Shown here: piece after piece, positions 51,548 through 64,000 of the stretch
How the letters are laid out: each line of letters begins with the position of its first letter
Position numbering within the stretch: the stretch's first letter is position 1
Assembly: GCA_010093815.1 (NCBI GenBank)
Contig: ML996582.1
DNA length: 64,000 nt
Reading direction: 5' to 3' (one strand)
From: Pseudovirgaria hyperparasitica
Lineage: Eukaryota
Translations under genes and position numbers: made by a program
The notes under the pieces: model-generated
Database searches by the model: none
What the model saw: the letters and a program-made list of their open reading frames with translations, nothing else
What the model was told of the DNA's origin: nothing

Positions 51548-52323
51548 CAGACTTCCTATCAATCAGTTCAACTTCAATTCGACCGCCTCAAGAACTGGTT
51601 AGTTTAGTTCAGTTAAGGCCTCTTACTAAGAACTAACGCTTTAGTTTAACTTTAATTTAAGATAGTATTAAACTATAAATAATTAAACTAAACTAAAGTA
51701 TATATATATATAGACTATAGTATTAAGATTATTCTAATTTTATAAGTACTAGAGTTAGGCCGTAGGCTAACTTCCCTTATTTACTATATATATTAAATAC
51801 TATTACGTTAATAACTACGCGTTAATAACCTTAATATAGTATTCTAGCGGTCTATTTATACCCCTAAGGAGTACTCTTAAGATATATTTAAAAAGTAGTA
51901 TAGCTAGACCGAGTGTTCGTAGCGTAATATATATATAAAGAAGCCTTAAGATATATCTTAGAACCTAATACTAACTTAAGATACTACTACCTATAACTCG
52001 ACGATACTATCTCTCTCTAGTATTAGCCCTATTCTATATAAGTCTATATCTACTAATCTATATAGTTATCTAGTTCGAGAGCCCTCTAGGATAGAATTAG
52101 GTAATATAGATAGCGTAGAAGATCTAGATTATAACTCTATTATTAACCCTAATAATAAGTCTATATATAAAGGCATTAATTAGTAATATCTCTTATCCTT
52201 TATTAAGCCTATAGAGATACTTAAGCGGGCTAATAGCTTTAGCTAGATCTAGTAATACGGGTATTATCTCTAATAGATAAATAATAGAGCGAAGTACTAG
52301 TAGTATTATATATACTATTATTA
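51548..52323 (+). mobile_element. 5' portion of a RIP-mutated hAT-family DNA transposon, interrupted by LTR element A
   Basis: Candidate TIR CAGACTTCC at 51548 and subterminal AGTTC/GAACT repeats in both orientations. The frame at ~52170-52320 reads GIN**YLLSFIKP..S*I**YGYYL..KY**YYIYY, which reverts to the GIDW..SWIWQHGY..CxxC BED-finger start of fungal hAT transposases. Confidence 0.6.
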
Positions 52324-53990
52324 TGTTAGGACGGGAACCATAATAGACCTATATAGATTATTCTAATCCATGTAGCCACGTAGTGGCTAGAGCTAGGTTA
52401 AGTTAGCTAAGTTAAGCGAGGTTACTATATAAGTAGACCGTATAAACCGATTCCTACTTATTAGGAATTAACCTTATATAAGAGTAAGATTACTCTATAA
52501 ATACATTCCTATATCTCTCTATAAACTATTAGACTACTATCCTACGTCTTTACTCTTTATATTTTAATTTCTCTCTATATAGTATAACGGTAGCTTATAG
52601 AGATAGCTCCTACTACGCGCTATAATACCCGTGGCACTACCTTATATAAGAGACTCTCTCTAAATCTAAACGAAGAGAATAGTCTCTCTACGACTACCTC
52701 TACTAATAAGTATACTCTATAGACTATCGTACTAATAACTAGTACGGCATTCCATATAACCATAGAAGATTACCTAGATAATAAGGAAGAAGTCTATTAT
52801 ACTCCATCGCGGTCTAGTTTATACTATACTAGACCCATTCTTACTATAAGACTAGACCCTATTAACGTTAATAAATTAATTCGTTAGAACTAACTAACGT
52901 TAACCACGCCTTATAATAATATATATACTAAGCTATATACGGAGAGGTAGTATTAGGCTTAGCTTAAGTAGTAACTTCGCGAACTTGATAAAGTATAAGG
53001 ATAAACCGCTAGACTCGAAGCCGTACTACGCGCTTTAGTACTAGTAGTAACTAACCTATACTAATATAGACTAACTTAAGCCGAAATAGTCTAACTAAGT
53101 CTATTACTATTCTAGTTACCTTAGCCTAAGAAACTACCTTACTTTAACGGTAAAACTAGAAGAAGCTTTTATAAATAGGCTTACTAGTATAGCCGATTCT
53201 TCTACCTATTCACGAACGATAGTAATAAGATTAGGTTTATATAGAACTACCTAGATCTAACGCTATCTAAACGTTAGATAGTATATCGAATTAAATACCC
53301 TAAGAATATGTATAACTAGGACACGTTTACTAAATTCCTTCTTTAATACTTTAGTAATAGAGCCGAGCGACGCGAATAGGCTTAGAGCCATATCTTTAAG
53401 ACTTAATAGCGAGAGAGATAATCCCCGTTATAACTCCTTAAATACCTCCGACCTCTTTAGAGAGAAGCTAAGGAAGATTATATAGTTTAATAATATAACG
53501 ACTTTAAAAGGTCCCTTAACCCGAGTGTAAAGGAACGTATTAACCTTATAATATCTATCTCTACTAACCTTTAGGCACTCGCGAATCTCGTAGAACGATA
53601 TTAGTATATAATAAATAACTAACGTCGTATAGACGCACGACTATCCCTATTAATCTAATCCGATACGAAATTATCTAAAGAGGACCGGTTTAGTAATAGA
53701 TCGCGCGGAATACCTTATAGGCGCTACTACTCTATAAACTTAAGAAGACGAGGCCCGTACTACGGATCTTTCTACTAGTTAATATATCGAGACGCGAGAA
53801 ACGACTTATATAAACGACCTAAAGTTACCTACTATACCTATAGTAGGATAGGCTATATAGCACCCGAGTACCGCTTAGGGAAACTACCGAATACTAATAT
53901 AGATACTAAGTTAGTTATATACTATAAGTGCTAGTAGCTAGGACACATCGCGCCTAACTACCCGGTATATAATATAAAAAACTAACTATC
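52324..53990 (+). mobile_element. Ty3/gypsy element A, 5' part (5' LTR from TGTTAGG to about 52627, then gag), RIP-inactivated
   Basis: TG start; two RIP-altered CCHC knuckles at ~53825-53965 (YYTYSRIGYIAPEY; YYKC**LGHIAPNY); gag ends A AAA AAC TAA at 53976-53985. Confidence 0.8.
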
Positions 53991-54218
53991 TGTAAGAATA
54001 GGATTATTGGATAGTAGTGTAGCCAGATAGAACAATGGGGTGTATTCTGTCACAGAACGAATTACTACCGAACCCTTTCGGTAGGAATCCGAGAGTATAT
54101 ACATAAAGGGACGCCGATCTATCTAGCACGTGACTGTTTACCGCCCTTCACGTTACCTCCTAACCCTATTAGCTAAGGTACGTATAGGTCGAGTCCTACC
54201 TAAGGCTAAGTCCTAATA
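53991..54218 (-). repeat. 3' LTR of element B
   Basis: Matches 61146-61373 with 11 substitutions by my count. Confidence 0.95.
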
Positions 54219-54702
54219 ATTATCCCTTCCCTCTAGGAAGCTACCCTTAGCGACCTAGATCGTTACCTATCCCTATATCCCTATCCTAAGTCTCGTAAGA
54301 CCTTAGTCGTTCTCCACGCTTCGTCTTAGATACTTGCCGATATTCGCCGATCTAAGATTCATATAAGCGTTTTCCTAACAAACTAGATTTTATCCATCTT
54401 AACTTCTTATATAGGTGAGATTACCTAATTAGGCCTAGCGTATCACGTGATATGATTAGGTAAGCCCGGGTGCTACCTATATTAAAATCTTTTCTTAGAA
54501 ATATTCCTTTCTTCAAAAAACTTCTTAACTCTTTATAGAGTTTTTTAGATTATTAGGTATATCACCCGATCCTTATAGATATAGATTTATATAGATTTAC
54601 TACTATTTAGTGCGATTTACATAATTTACTAATTTTCGTGCCGTCCTTAGCTAGTAATAACACAATTCGTAATAATCTATATAAATTAATAATAATCGTA
54701 AT

Positions 54703-55684
54703 ATGGTTTCCCGAAATCTCGACGCTCTAAAGCAATCGGCGCGGAAATAGGCGCCTTCGAATAATCCCTATCTCGTATACGTTACTGACATGTCGAAAGC
54801 TATTAATCTACCCCGACCTAGGCCGGGCTCTAATAATCTAGCCATATATTATTATAGTTATCGCTTTCCGTCGTACATTGCTCACGGCGGTACTAAATCT
54901 ATAATATACGGCACTTACATAACCAAGAAGCGTTATTACTTATAGATATTTAAGCAAGTTCGAAGAACTTTACGCAGATTTACTTATATCGGTATAGATT
55001 ACTACTAGGCCTCTAGTAACCCCTACCGATAAGGAGCGTGGTACTACCGATCGCAACGCCTTAGAGAAGGCTTTCTACGAGCTATATACCTAAGGTAAGG
55101 GTTACGCCTAGGAGTACGATTCTAATAAGATCCGTAAGGGTTTATCGGAATCTCTTATAGCTATTATTACCGCGATTGCTAGGTAACATCGTTTTTCTTA
55201 AATCGTTATAGATTCTTACTAATATATATTAATCTCTATAATAGTGCTAAAATCTCTGCCACTTCGGACTTCTTTCTATACACCGGCGATATTAAAATTC
55301 CTAGAAAAGGTTCTAGTAAAAAGGCTAAGGTTCCTTCCTCGCGCGTGCTAAAGAGCCGTAAATTTAGGGAAGATAGCTCTAATCTAGAAGTTTCTATACT
55401 AATGGTATGTGGTTCTATACCGATCGTTAAATCTTTTCGCTGATTTATATAATTCTTAGCGTGCCCACGCCGGTCCGTCCCTCTCCGTCCCGGGTTCCGC
55501 CGCTCTATAGGTTTCTATAGAGGAGTTCATAGCTATAAGGCGCGCTATATAGAATTTATAGCGTCGGAACGAAAGGCTAGAGACTTATGTTATAAAGCTC
55601 TATACTATACTAAATAAGAACTAGTAGAAGGAATTAGATGTAACCATCGCGGTAATTAGTACTTCTACTCCTACTCCGACTTAA
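54703..55684 (+). pseudogene. Spliced accessory gene antisense to element B (Zn-cluster-like N-terminus, C-terminal coiled coil), RIP-mutated
   Basis: ATG 54703; introns about 54954-55008, 55183-55244 and 55405-55459 with compatible phases; all internal stops are TAG/TAA. Confidence 0.65.
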
Positions 55685-58600
55685 TCGGTTTAGATCTATA
55701 CTAATCGGTACTAATATGTCTCTTTTATCTGGCGTTTTGGTTTTTTCGGTTTTAATTTTAAAGCGATCTTACTTCTTCTAGATAGATTAGTGCGAGTTTA
55801 TATAGATCTATATAGATCTTCGTATTTTCTTTTAGCTTCCTTAATTTCATCTTTCTTTAATAATAACTTCTTTAATCTCTTTAGTAATCTATACCGATCT
55901 ATACCGATCGGCACCGATTTTCGATGTCCATTTCTCTTAGTAAATTATTTTTCTAAGTCTCTTTTTTAGTTAATTTTTTAAAGTTCTAAGTTCGAACTTT
56001 CTAAGGAAGTTCCTTAATTCCTTAGAATGTTTTAAAGATCTATGTCTCTTTTACCTTCTTCCTTTTAGGCGGCCGTCCTCGGCGCCGAACTATACTAAAA
56101 AATGTCGAATCGCCGTACTTTAGCATAATTCTCTACGATTCCGCGGCTTCCTTTACTAATTACTACTTATACGCTAATATCGCTGCTTTACTAATATATA
56201 TTACGGGTTCCCAAGTATCTTCGTTAGGATTATACCCTTTCTAACGAATTTTATATAGCCACGTGCCATCTTCGGCACGTTATTAGCCTAGTATCTACTT
56301 AACTTTATAGATATCCGCACCTCCTTACGTAACTACTTTATATAACGTCTATTCGGAACGATCCGGTAACGATAAGGTATGGAATAGCTCGAGAAGCGTG
56401 ATATAGAATATATTATGTATCTTTAACGTGGGAGGGAGTTTTAACTTATACGCCTAGTCATTAATTACACAAGTAACCTTAAATAGACCTATTATCGTGT
56501 AGTTAAGCTTCTTCTTCGGCCTAATACTACGAATATTTTTACTATTTAGTAAAACTTTATCTCTAACATTAAAGATTATAGGCTTTCTACCCTTATCATA
56601 GTGCGATTTACTATAATCTATAGTATCTTATAATAACTTTATAACGCTTCTTTACGTTTAGAATAGTTCTATTATAATCTCCGTCGCCTTAACGTTAGAC
56701 TACTCTAATTTATACTAAGTTCCTATAAACTATACTTTATAGTTTCGACCGAAGTTTGCTTCGAACGGACTTACGTGGGTTAACGCATATCGGCTGTTAT
56801 TATACGCGAATTCCGCGACATAGACTAACCTTACCTAGTTATCTTACTTATAGTTATAATATACGCGTAAATACGCCTTAACTATCTAATTCTACCGCTC
56901 TATCTATCTATCTATTTATAGGTGGAACGCGGTACTAAGTTTCCGCTTAATTCCCAGCGTATAGTAGAAATCCTTCTAAAACTTAGACGTTATCTACGGA
57001 CCTCTATCCGAAACTATGCCGTTCGGCGTACTGTAGAGCCGAACTACGTCACGAAGTAGTATATCTATAAGATCCGGTGCTTGGATCGTCTTCCTTATAG
57101 GGATATAGTATAATATCTTTATAAATCTATCTAAAACTACGAGTAAACTATTATAAATATACCTAAGACACTTACTTAGGGGCAGATCTATAATAAAATC
57201 TATCGACAATTCCTTCCATACTTCCTTTAGCATAGGTAATAGCCTTAATTCGCCATATAGTAAGTGTCTATATACTTTCGTATGCTGGTAAACGTTATAC
57301 GTTTTTATATAGTCTTTTATATATTTATAAAGACCCGGCTAGTCGTACGTCCTTCGGATTAAATCGACCGTCCTTATAATGCCGAAGTACCCTACTAACG
57401 CGTAATCGTGCTGTTCCCTTAAAACATTAATTTATAGGCCGCCTTCCGGCACGTAGAGTCGGCCTTAGAAGTAGATCGCGTCTAATCGTCGTTCCTACCT
57501 TAATAACCACGGCGGTTCTATAGCCATTCCCTTTATACTTATGACTTTCTTTACTAATACATCGGAATTCTAGGTAGATTTAATTAAGTCTTTGAGGATT
57601 TACTCTATTTCTTAGACGTTAGTTTAGATTACTTAATACCCGCTCTAATTCCCGCGGAGAGTCGCCGAAAGTGTCCTGGCTTCCGGCACTCTATTAGATA
57701 ACTAGTCTTTTAGTATCTATAGTATAGTATAGTCTAAATTACACTAACTATCTACGTTATTCTACGACGATTTCTCGTAATCTTTACGCCGTAATAGAGG
57801 ATCTGCTTTATTCTCTCTTCCAGCTTTATATAAGATTTTAAAGTTAAATATTAACATCCACTTAGCCTAACGTACTTATCGGCGATTAAGGACCTTAGTC
57901 GACATAAAGTAACGTAGATTTACGTGATCCGACAATAATTCAATCTAATATATAGAGCCTTCTAAATAATATCACCATTACTAAAAACTCTCGATAATTA
58001 CGAGTAGTTCCTAGTCGTGCGTATCATAACGCGTCTCTACATCCGCTATTTTACGGGAAAAGAAGGCGACCGGGTGCTATTACACCTTATCTTTCGCATC
58101 TTTATACGGTTAACTAATGATTCTAGCAATTACGAATCTAGATGCGTCTATTTCGACCCGAATATGCTTCTTAGGATTAAAATACCTAAGAATTAGCGTA
58201 GTTATAAAGTAATTCTTTAACGATCGGAACGCATCTCGCGCTTCCGGCGTTAACTATATCTCGACCGACTTAGCTTTACGCTATGCTCGCCCACCTATAG
58301 GGATTTTACCGCCATTCTCTATAAGTTTATTAAGCGGCGCCGTAATTCGTGAGAAACCTATAATAAATTTATGATAATAGTTCACGAAACCTATGAACGT
58401 CCTAATTTAACGTATAGTAGTAGGTTCTAGCCATTCTATAATGGTCTTAACACGCTCTAGCTCTATTTTAAGGCCGCCGTATATTATAATAAAGCCGAGA
58501 AACCTAACTTCTTATTAGTAAAACTTATATTTAGATAACTTTGCGTAGAGTTTATACTATCTTAAACGATTTAGCACCGATTTCACGTATTCTTCGTGAT

Positions 58601-61145
58601 CCTACATGCTATCGGAGTAAATTAGTATATTATCGAGGTAAACTACGCAGATCACATTAAGTAATCCTATAAGTGTAGTATTAATGTATCCTTAGAACGC
58701 TCCTAGCGCATTTATTAGCCTAAACGGCATAATAGTATACTTAAAATGACCATATCTAGTCCGAAATGCGGTTTTCTACTTATCTCCGCGACGGATTCGA
58801 AGCCGGTAATATATATCTCGTAAATCTAGCTTCGTAAAGTACTTTACCTTCATTAATTAGTCTAAAGATTCACTAACTAACGGTAATGGGTGACGATTCT
58901 TCTTAGTCACCGTATTTAGTGCTCGATAGTCGACGTATAGACGTAAACTTCCGTCTTTCTTCTTTATGAAGAGAATAGATACGCCGGCTAATAACGTACT
59001 ACAACGTATCTAGCCTCTTCCGAGATATTCTTTAATATATTTACGAAGAACTTTAAGTTCTAGTCTCGAAAGTAGGTAAAGTAGACTATAAGGGATGTCT
59101 ACTCCCTCTTCGAGCTCAATCTTTAGCTTATACGGCCTATGGTCAGGGAGAAGTAACGCGTCCCCTACCGAAAACACATCCGTATACTACGAATATACGT
59201 CGGGTAGCGTGTCTTTACCCCGATTATTACCATCCTCTTCGTCTTCGTCGACGATCGATAGGGATATAAGATAGACTAGCGATGATCGGGTCCGCACGGC
59301 GAGGTTCCATGCCTCCTTACTAATAGTTACGACTTACTAGTATAATTTACCGCGATATCGACGGAACGTTAATATCTCCTTCTAAAAATCAAGGATTAGG
59401 TTTAGGCGTTTAAGCTAAGGCATCCCTAGAATCATATTCTATTAGCTAATATTAGCCACGATAAATTCATTAGACATCTACTATTTTATTATCTTTAAGT
59501 TATGAACTTCGTAATTCGTTATAGTTTTACCTAAAGTTCTAACTTTATATCTATTAACTATAATGGTTCGGCCAACTTTACCGAGATCGTATAATAATCT
59601 ACACTCCTTAGCGAGAATCGACGAAATATAGTTATCTTCTACACTAGTGTCCACGAGGGCCTATATAGTTTTATTACTATTTACTATAGGTAACGATACT
59701 TTCAGTAATATTAGGTCTTTACTCGCCGGGAGGCGCTACGGCTCCTCCTAAGTATATATAATTTAGCTAAGAACGCGGTTAGGTCTTGCGTACTAGCCTA
59801 TTCTTTTTTCGGATTCTTATAGTTAGGCGAAATATATCCCTTTTCTCCATACTTATAGTAATAAAGTGCGCTATAATCCTGCTATTTTACGACAGGCGTT
59901 ACATTTAAGCCTATACCTTATCCTTTTCCGCGTTAGGAACCACCGCCTCGATTATTTCGGTGTCCTCTTAACGCGTTTCTACCCCGATTTACGCTCTTCT
60001 AGCGTTAATCGCGGTAAGGTTACTCTTAATTGAACGTATTCGATCGACCTCGTTTCTAACCCGTGTGGGGTTCGTCGGTTTTACCTAGAGAGCCGCGTTT
60101 CTTAAGGATGCGGTAGTATTCGTTAGCTTTCTCCTCTAATTCGTATAGATGGTTAAAACTTAATAATACTATTCCTAATCTTTCGTGGATTAACGGGAGT
60201 AGTGCTTCGCGAAACTAGAATATGCGAATATTTTCCTATAGTATAGGGATATTATCCTAGAGGTTTTATAGGTATTATAGTAGTTAAGTAGGTGTCTAGT
60301 TCGGTCATTATGCCACGCTTCTTAACTTAGATAGTACCTTTCTTTCGCGTTCTCCGTTAGTTCCGAGGGTATTTAGTATAAATATAGCTAAATGTTTCTA
60401 GGTTGTCGCCGATAGTAGCTTAACTTCCTTCTATCTATCCTATTAATCGCGGGATTATAAACCTAAGTAACGTTCTCCGAATAAAATGCGTTATACTTCG
60501 GTAGAAAAGAGCATAGGGTTATCGAGGAAGTACTTCTCGCAGTCTCTCTTCCAATCTTTCCACTCCTTTTAGTTCTTCCCTATAAATGTGGTCGGATCTT
60601 TAGGTTTCGGTACACCTAAGGAAGGAGTAGGGTAAATCGGTAACGAAGCGGCCGGGTGTACGGTAGATTATCGCAACTCTAATGGTGGGTAAACTAATTC
60701 CGCCTAAATTAGTATAGGAAGTCGTCTACCTACTATCGTTCCGCGTAGTCTTTCAAGAGACTCGTTAAGTTCTCGTCGTTTTGCGAGGAGTTTCGCACGT
60801 TCGGTCTATTCTTTAAGGATCTATATCTCTTAGGCTTGATTAGCGATATACTCCTATAGTTCGGCGATTAATGGTTATGATTCCTCGTGTAGCTCTACCA
60901 CGACTCGTTATCCAGCTTCCTATCGTAGGAAGTCGCTTAGTATATCTACCATTTCCTTATTAGAAAGTTCCGTGATTCGGTCGGACATCTCTACTTCTCT
61001 ATTAAGAATAGCCGGATTTAATACTAATTATAGAGGATCCCTATTATTTAATACAGTGTTACTTATCCCTATAGTAGATCGTGTCGACCTTCTTAGTTCT
61101 AGTTAGACTATCTTAACTATAGTACTATATAGGTAGTAATTCGAA

Positions 61146-61373
61146 TGTAAGAATAGGATTATTAGATAGTAGTGTAGCCAGATAGAATAATGGGGTGTAT
61201 TCTATCATAGAACGGATTACTACCGAACTCTTTTGGTAGGAATCCGAGAGTATATACATAAAGGGACGCCGATCTATCTAGCACGTGACTGTTCACCGCC
61301 CTTCACGTCACCTCCTAACCCTATTAGCTAAGGTACGTGTAGATCGAGTCCTACCTAAGGCTAAGTCCTAATA
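61146..61373 (-). repeat. 5' LTR of element B
   Basis: Direct repeat of 53991-54218, followed by the CTATC TSD. Confidence 0.95.
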
Positions 61374-61378
61374 CTATC

Positions 61379-63169
61379 TATAAGGAACTCTCGCGACTTA
61401 TAGACGTAACTAAAATAGAGGGATAACTAGCTAACTAGTATATCGAACTATAGGCTGGGCCTATTAAGGTCCCTTATAGATAATATTAGACCGTAATACT
61501 TAATAGCGGTTTAGCTACTAACGTTATATCGACTTAACGAGTATAAGAACTTAACATTAATATTTAAGTACTAATAGGTACTACCTTCTATAGTATTGAT
61601 AGTCCTATTAAATTATAGGGTATCTATACTATTAAATATAGTATCTAGGACAGCGGGGGGAAGTAGAAACCCTACTACTTAACCTTTATTATAGTAGATA
61701 GTCCCTTTAATATAATCCTTAGTATACCGTAGCTCGAAAAATATAATCCGAAACTAGACTTTATCTAGAAAATAGCTGGCTAGCGCATATACCTACTATA
61801 ATAGAATCTAGTATAGCTAGTTGACGATGAATAATTCTAGAAGGACTATAAAAAGATAATCTCCGCTATCTACGTCCTCTTACTTACTTAAAATAGAGAG
61901 CTTAGTATTAAAGTAGATAAAAACCTACTATATTAGTATAAAATATACTAATATATTATATTAGCGATCGACTCGTCCGAATTACCTTAATACTAACCTA
62001 CTAACCTTACTATTAACCTCGAAGACGGTTAATAACCCCTATACGGACCTATATACCCTCTATTAGAACCCGAGCTATAGGTCCTCCGAGAATATATTAA
62101 AAAGAACCTTACGCGAGAATAGATTAGGCCTAGTATATCTCTAGCCGGAGCTCTAATCCTCTTTATAAAGAAGAAGGATAGGAGTCTCTATCTATATATT
62201 AACTACCGTAGCCTAAATAATATTACACGAAAGAATCATTATCTACTACCTCTTATCTCTAAGTCTATTAATAGACTAGGGCGCGCGAAGATCTTTATTA
62301 AGCTTAATCTACGCGACATCTACTACCGCCTACGTATTAAGAAGGGCGATAAGTAGAAAACGGCGTTTAGGACCCGTTATAGATACTTTAAGTATATAGT
62401 AGTCCCTTTTAGACTAACTAACGCGCTAGAAACCTTCTAAGTATATATTAATAACGCGCTAGTAGGTCTACTCGATATAACGTGCATCGTATACCTTAAT
62501 AACATCCTTATCTTCTCTAATAATAAAGAAGAATATATCTAGTACGTATGCGTAGTCCTAGATAGGCTAGAAAAATATAAGCTATATATTAAGCTATCTA
62601 AATATAAGTTCCACTAGGACCACGTTAACTTCCTTAGCTTTATTATTACTAATTAAGGTATAACTATAGAAAGGGATAGGGTCGCTACTATCGTGGACTA
62701 GCCTAAACTAAAATCGGTTTAAGATATACGTGTCTTTATTAGATTCGCTAATTACTACTAAAAATTTATTAAGTATTTCTCCTGGCTAGTAGCACCGCTT
62801 AACGCGTGTACTACTACTATAGATTCGTCTATTACGGTCCGCGGTAGATAGAAATAGTATAATATTAAATTATAGTCTATAGAATTATTAGAAGGTAAAA
62901 GGGCCTCCTTCGAGAAAATCAAAGAGGTATTTATAACTACCCTATTACTAGTATACTTTAACCTAACTAAATCTATCCGCGTCGAAACCGACGCGTTAGG
63001 ATTTATAATCTTAGGCATTCTCTTCTAGCCTAGACTAACTAAGTCTAAAAAGGTCTAATAGTATCTAGTTACGTTCTTCTTACGTAAAATAGTCGATATT
63101 AAGACTAGATATACTATCTATAACTAAGAGCTACTAGTAATAGTAGAGTTATTTAAATAGTAGTAATAT
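61379..63169 (+). mobile_element. Ty3/gypsy element A, pol part (protease, RT, start of RNase H), RIP-inactivated
   Basis: ILNSG (ILDSG), KKKDRSL, KTAFRTRY, YLNNILIF (YLDD), RVETDA, ELLVIVELFK; the frame breaks at ~63170. Confidence 0.9.
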
Positions 63170-64000
63170 TATTATGGAAGGCCGCTCCTGCAGCCCCACA
63201 TGTATGTATCCCTAGCTCGATTACATGGCTTTATTATATATTTAAGGAGGGCGTTTTCCTTGGTCATTCTACTCGGTGCGCTTCCCCTATCACTAATATT
63301 CGACTATTCGACCTTTCCTTACGTTCATGGGCCTCTATGGGTATTGATTATTAGGCTTAGCTATTAAAGAATTGATTAAGAGTATTATATAGACCCGTCC
63401 TATCGTAAAAGAGAACTAATAAGAAGTCATGCGTTTAAAGAGAACTTATAATACCTAGGAGAGATACTTATGAGTTCGTCGCGACTACTATACTAAGAAT
63501 ATAGCTATTTATAAAAGGGATACACGTGGCGATAGCTTACTATAATTTTAGAGGTCGTACCCGGACTACGAACTTATAGGGGGAGATTAGGACTCTAAAA
63601 CTAGCTTAGGGGAAGTATATAACGTGCCTAATAAGGTAGTCTAGACTTACTAGATCGAAGCTACGAGTCCGGAAAATAGGGAGTCCGGAGTCGCTAGGGG
63701 CTAGCCTCTTAAAAGTAGCCGTAAAAAGTATACGCATGCTAACACGGGTGATAGCGCGACTCGAAAATGTCTTAGGGGAATAGGATATAAAATAGAGCTA
63801 GATGAAGTAGTAAAGAAGAGTTCAAAAACGATAAATATAACCTGTTTAGTACTACTATAGCTATCATTTATAAACACGGCCATACGAGTATACCACTTTA
63901 GGAACGCCTTACACGAAGATAATAATATAAGTAGGATACCGTGAACCTTATATCGATAAAGACGATAGTAATAGTTCACCTTATAAAGGGATTAGTTAAC
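63170..64000. mobile_element. Probable further insertion (element C) in the RNase H of element A; runs off the window
   Basis: Pol similarity stops abruptly at TATTATGG (RIP form of the LTR-like start TGTTATGG); the sequence that follows is unrelated and TpA-rich. Confidence 0.5.

Larger units (their letters stand above)
53991..61373 (-). mobile_element. Complete Ty3/gypsy chromovirus B (7383 bp), RIP-inactivated, nested in element A
   Basis: 228-bp LTRs at 53991-54218 and 61146-61373; CTATC target-site duplication at 53986-53990 and 61374-61378; polypurine tract beside the left LTR. Minus-strand gag with a CCHC knuckle (~59820-59870), protease (ALVDT), RT (YLDNILIY), RNase H, integrase (WKELSIDFI..IVSDRGP), chromodomain (KIR*KGY..EDTWEP). 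Confidence 0.95.

Noticed and set aside
51900..52000. A first BED-finger-like motif in the hAT remnant
   Set aside because: It needs a frameshift and many reversions; the motif at ~52170-52320 is a better match.

Overview
Filamentous ascomycete (Pezizomycotina) genomic DNA with GT-AG introns and CTRAY branch sites, in three compartments. (1) 1-30.2 kb is a conserved core block: an uncharacterised membrane protein, intron-containing tRNA-Leu(CAA), a Cys-rich GPI-type protein, a Sid1-like GCK kinase, a DUF4048-like protein, beta-carbonic anhydrase, RIB3, an SMF/NRAMP transporter, CDC24 and FWD-1. (2) 30.3-51.5 kb is an accessory block. It holds three spliced orphan genes that share four copies of a ~100-aa helical domain I do not recognise. 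These lie among RIP-like pseudogenes (one with a MYND finger) and a 53-bp minisatellite, and are followed by a cytochrome P450 and an AsaB-family oxidase. (3) 51.5-64 kb is an AT-rich, RIP-mutated nest of transposons: a hAT element interrupted by Ty3/gypsy element A, which in turn contains a complete 7.4-kb chromovirus B and a further insertion C. The two most interesting observations are a spliced antisense gene (Zn-cluster-like N-terminus, coiled-coil C-terminus) inside chromovirus B and the orphan paralog family at 33-45 kb. All gene models were spliced and translated by hand; family names come from motif recognition, not database searches.
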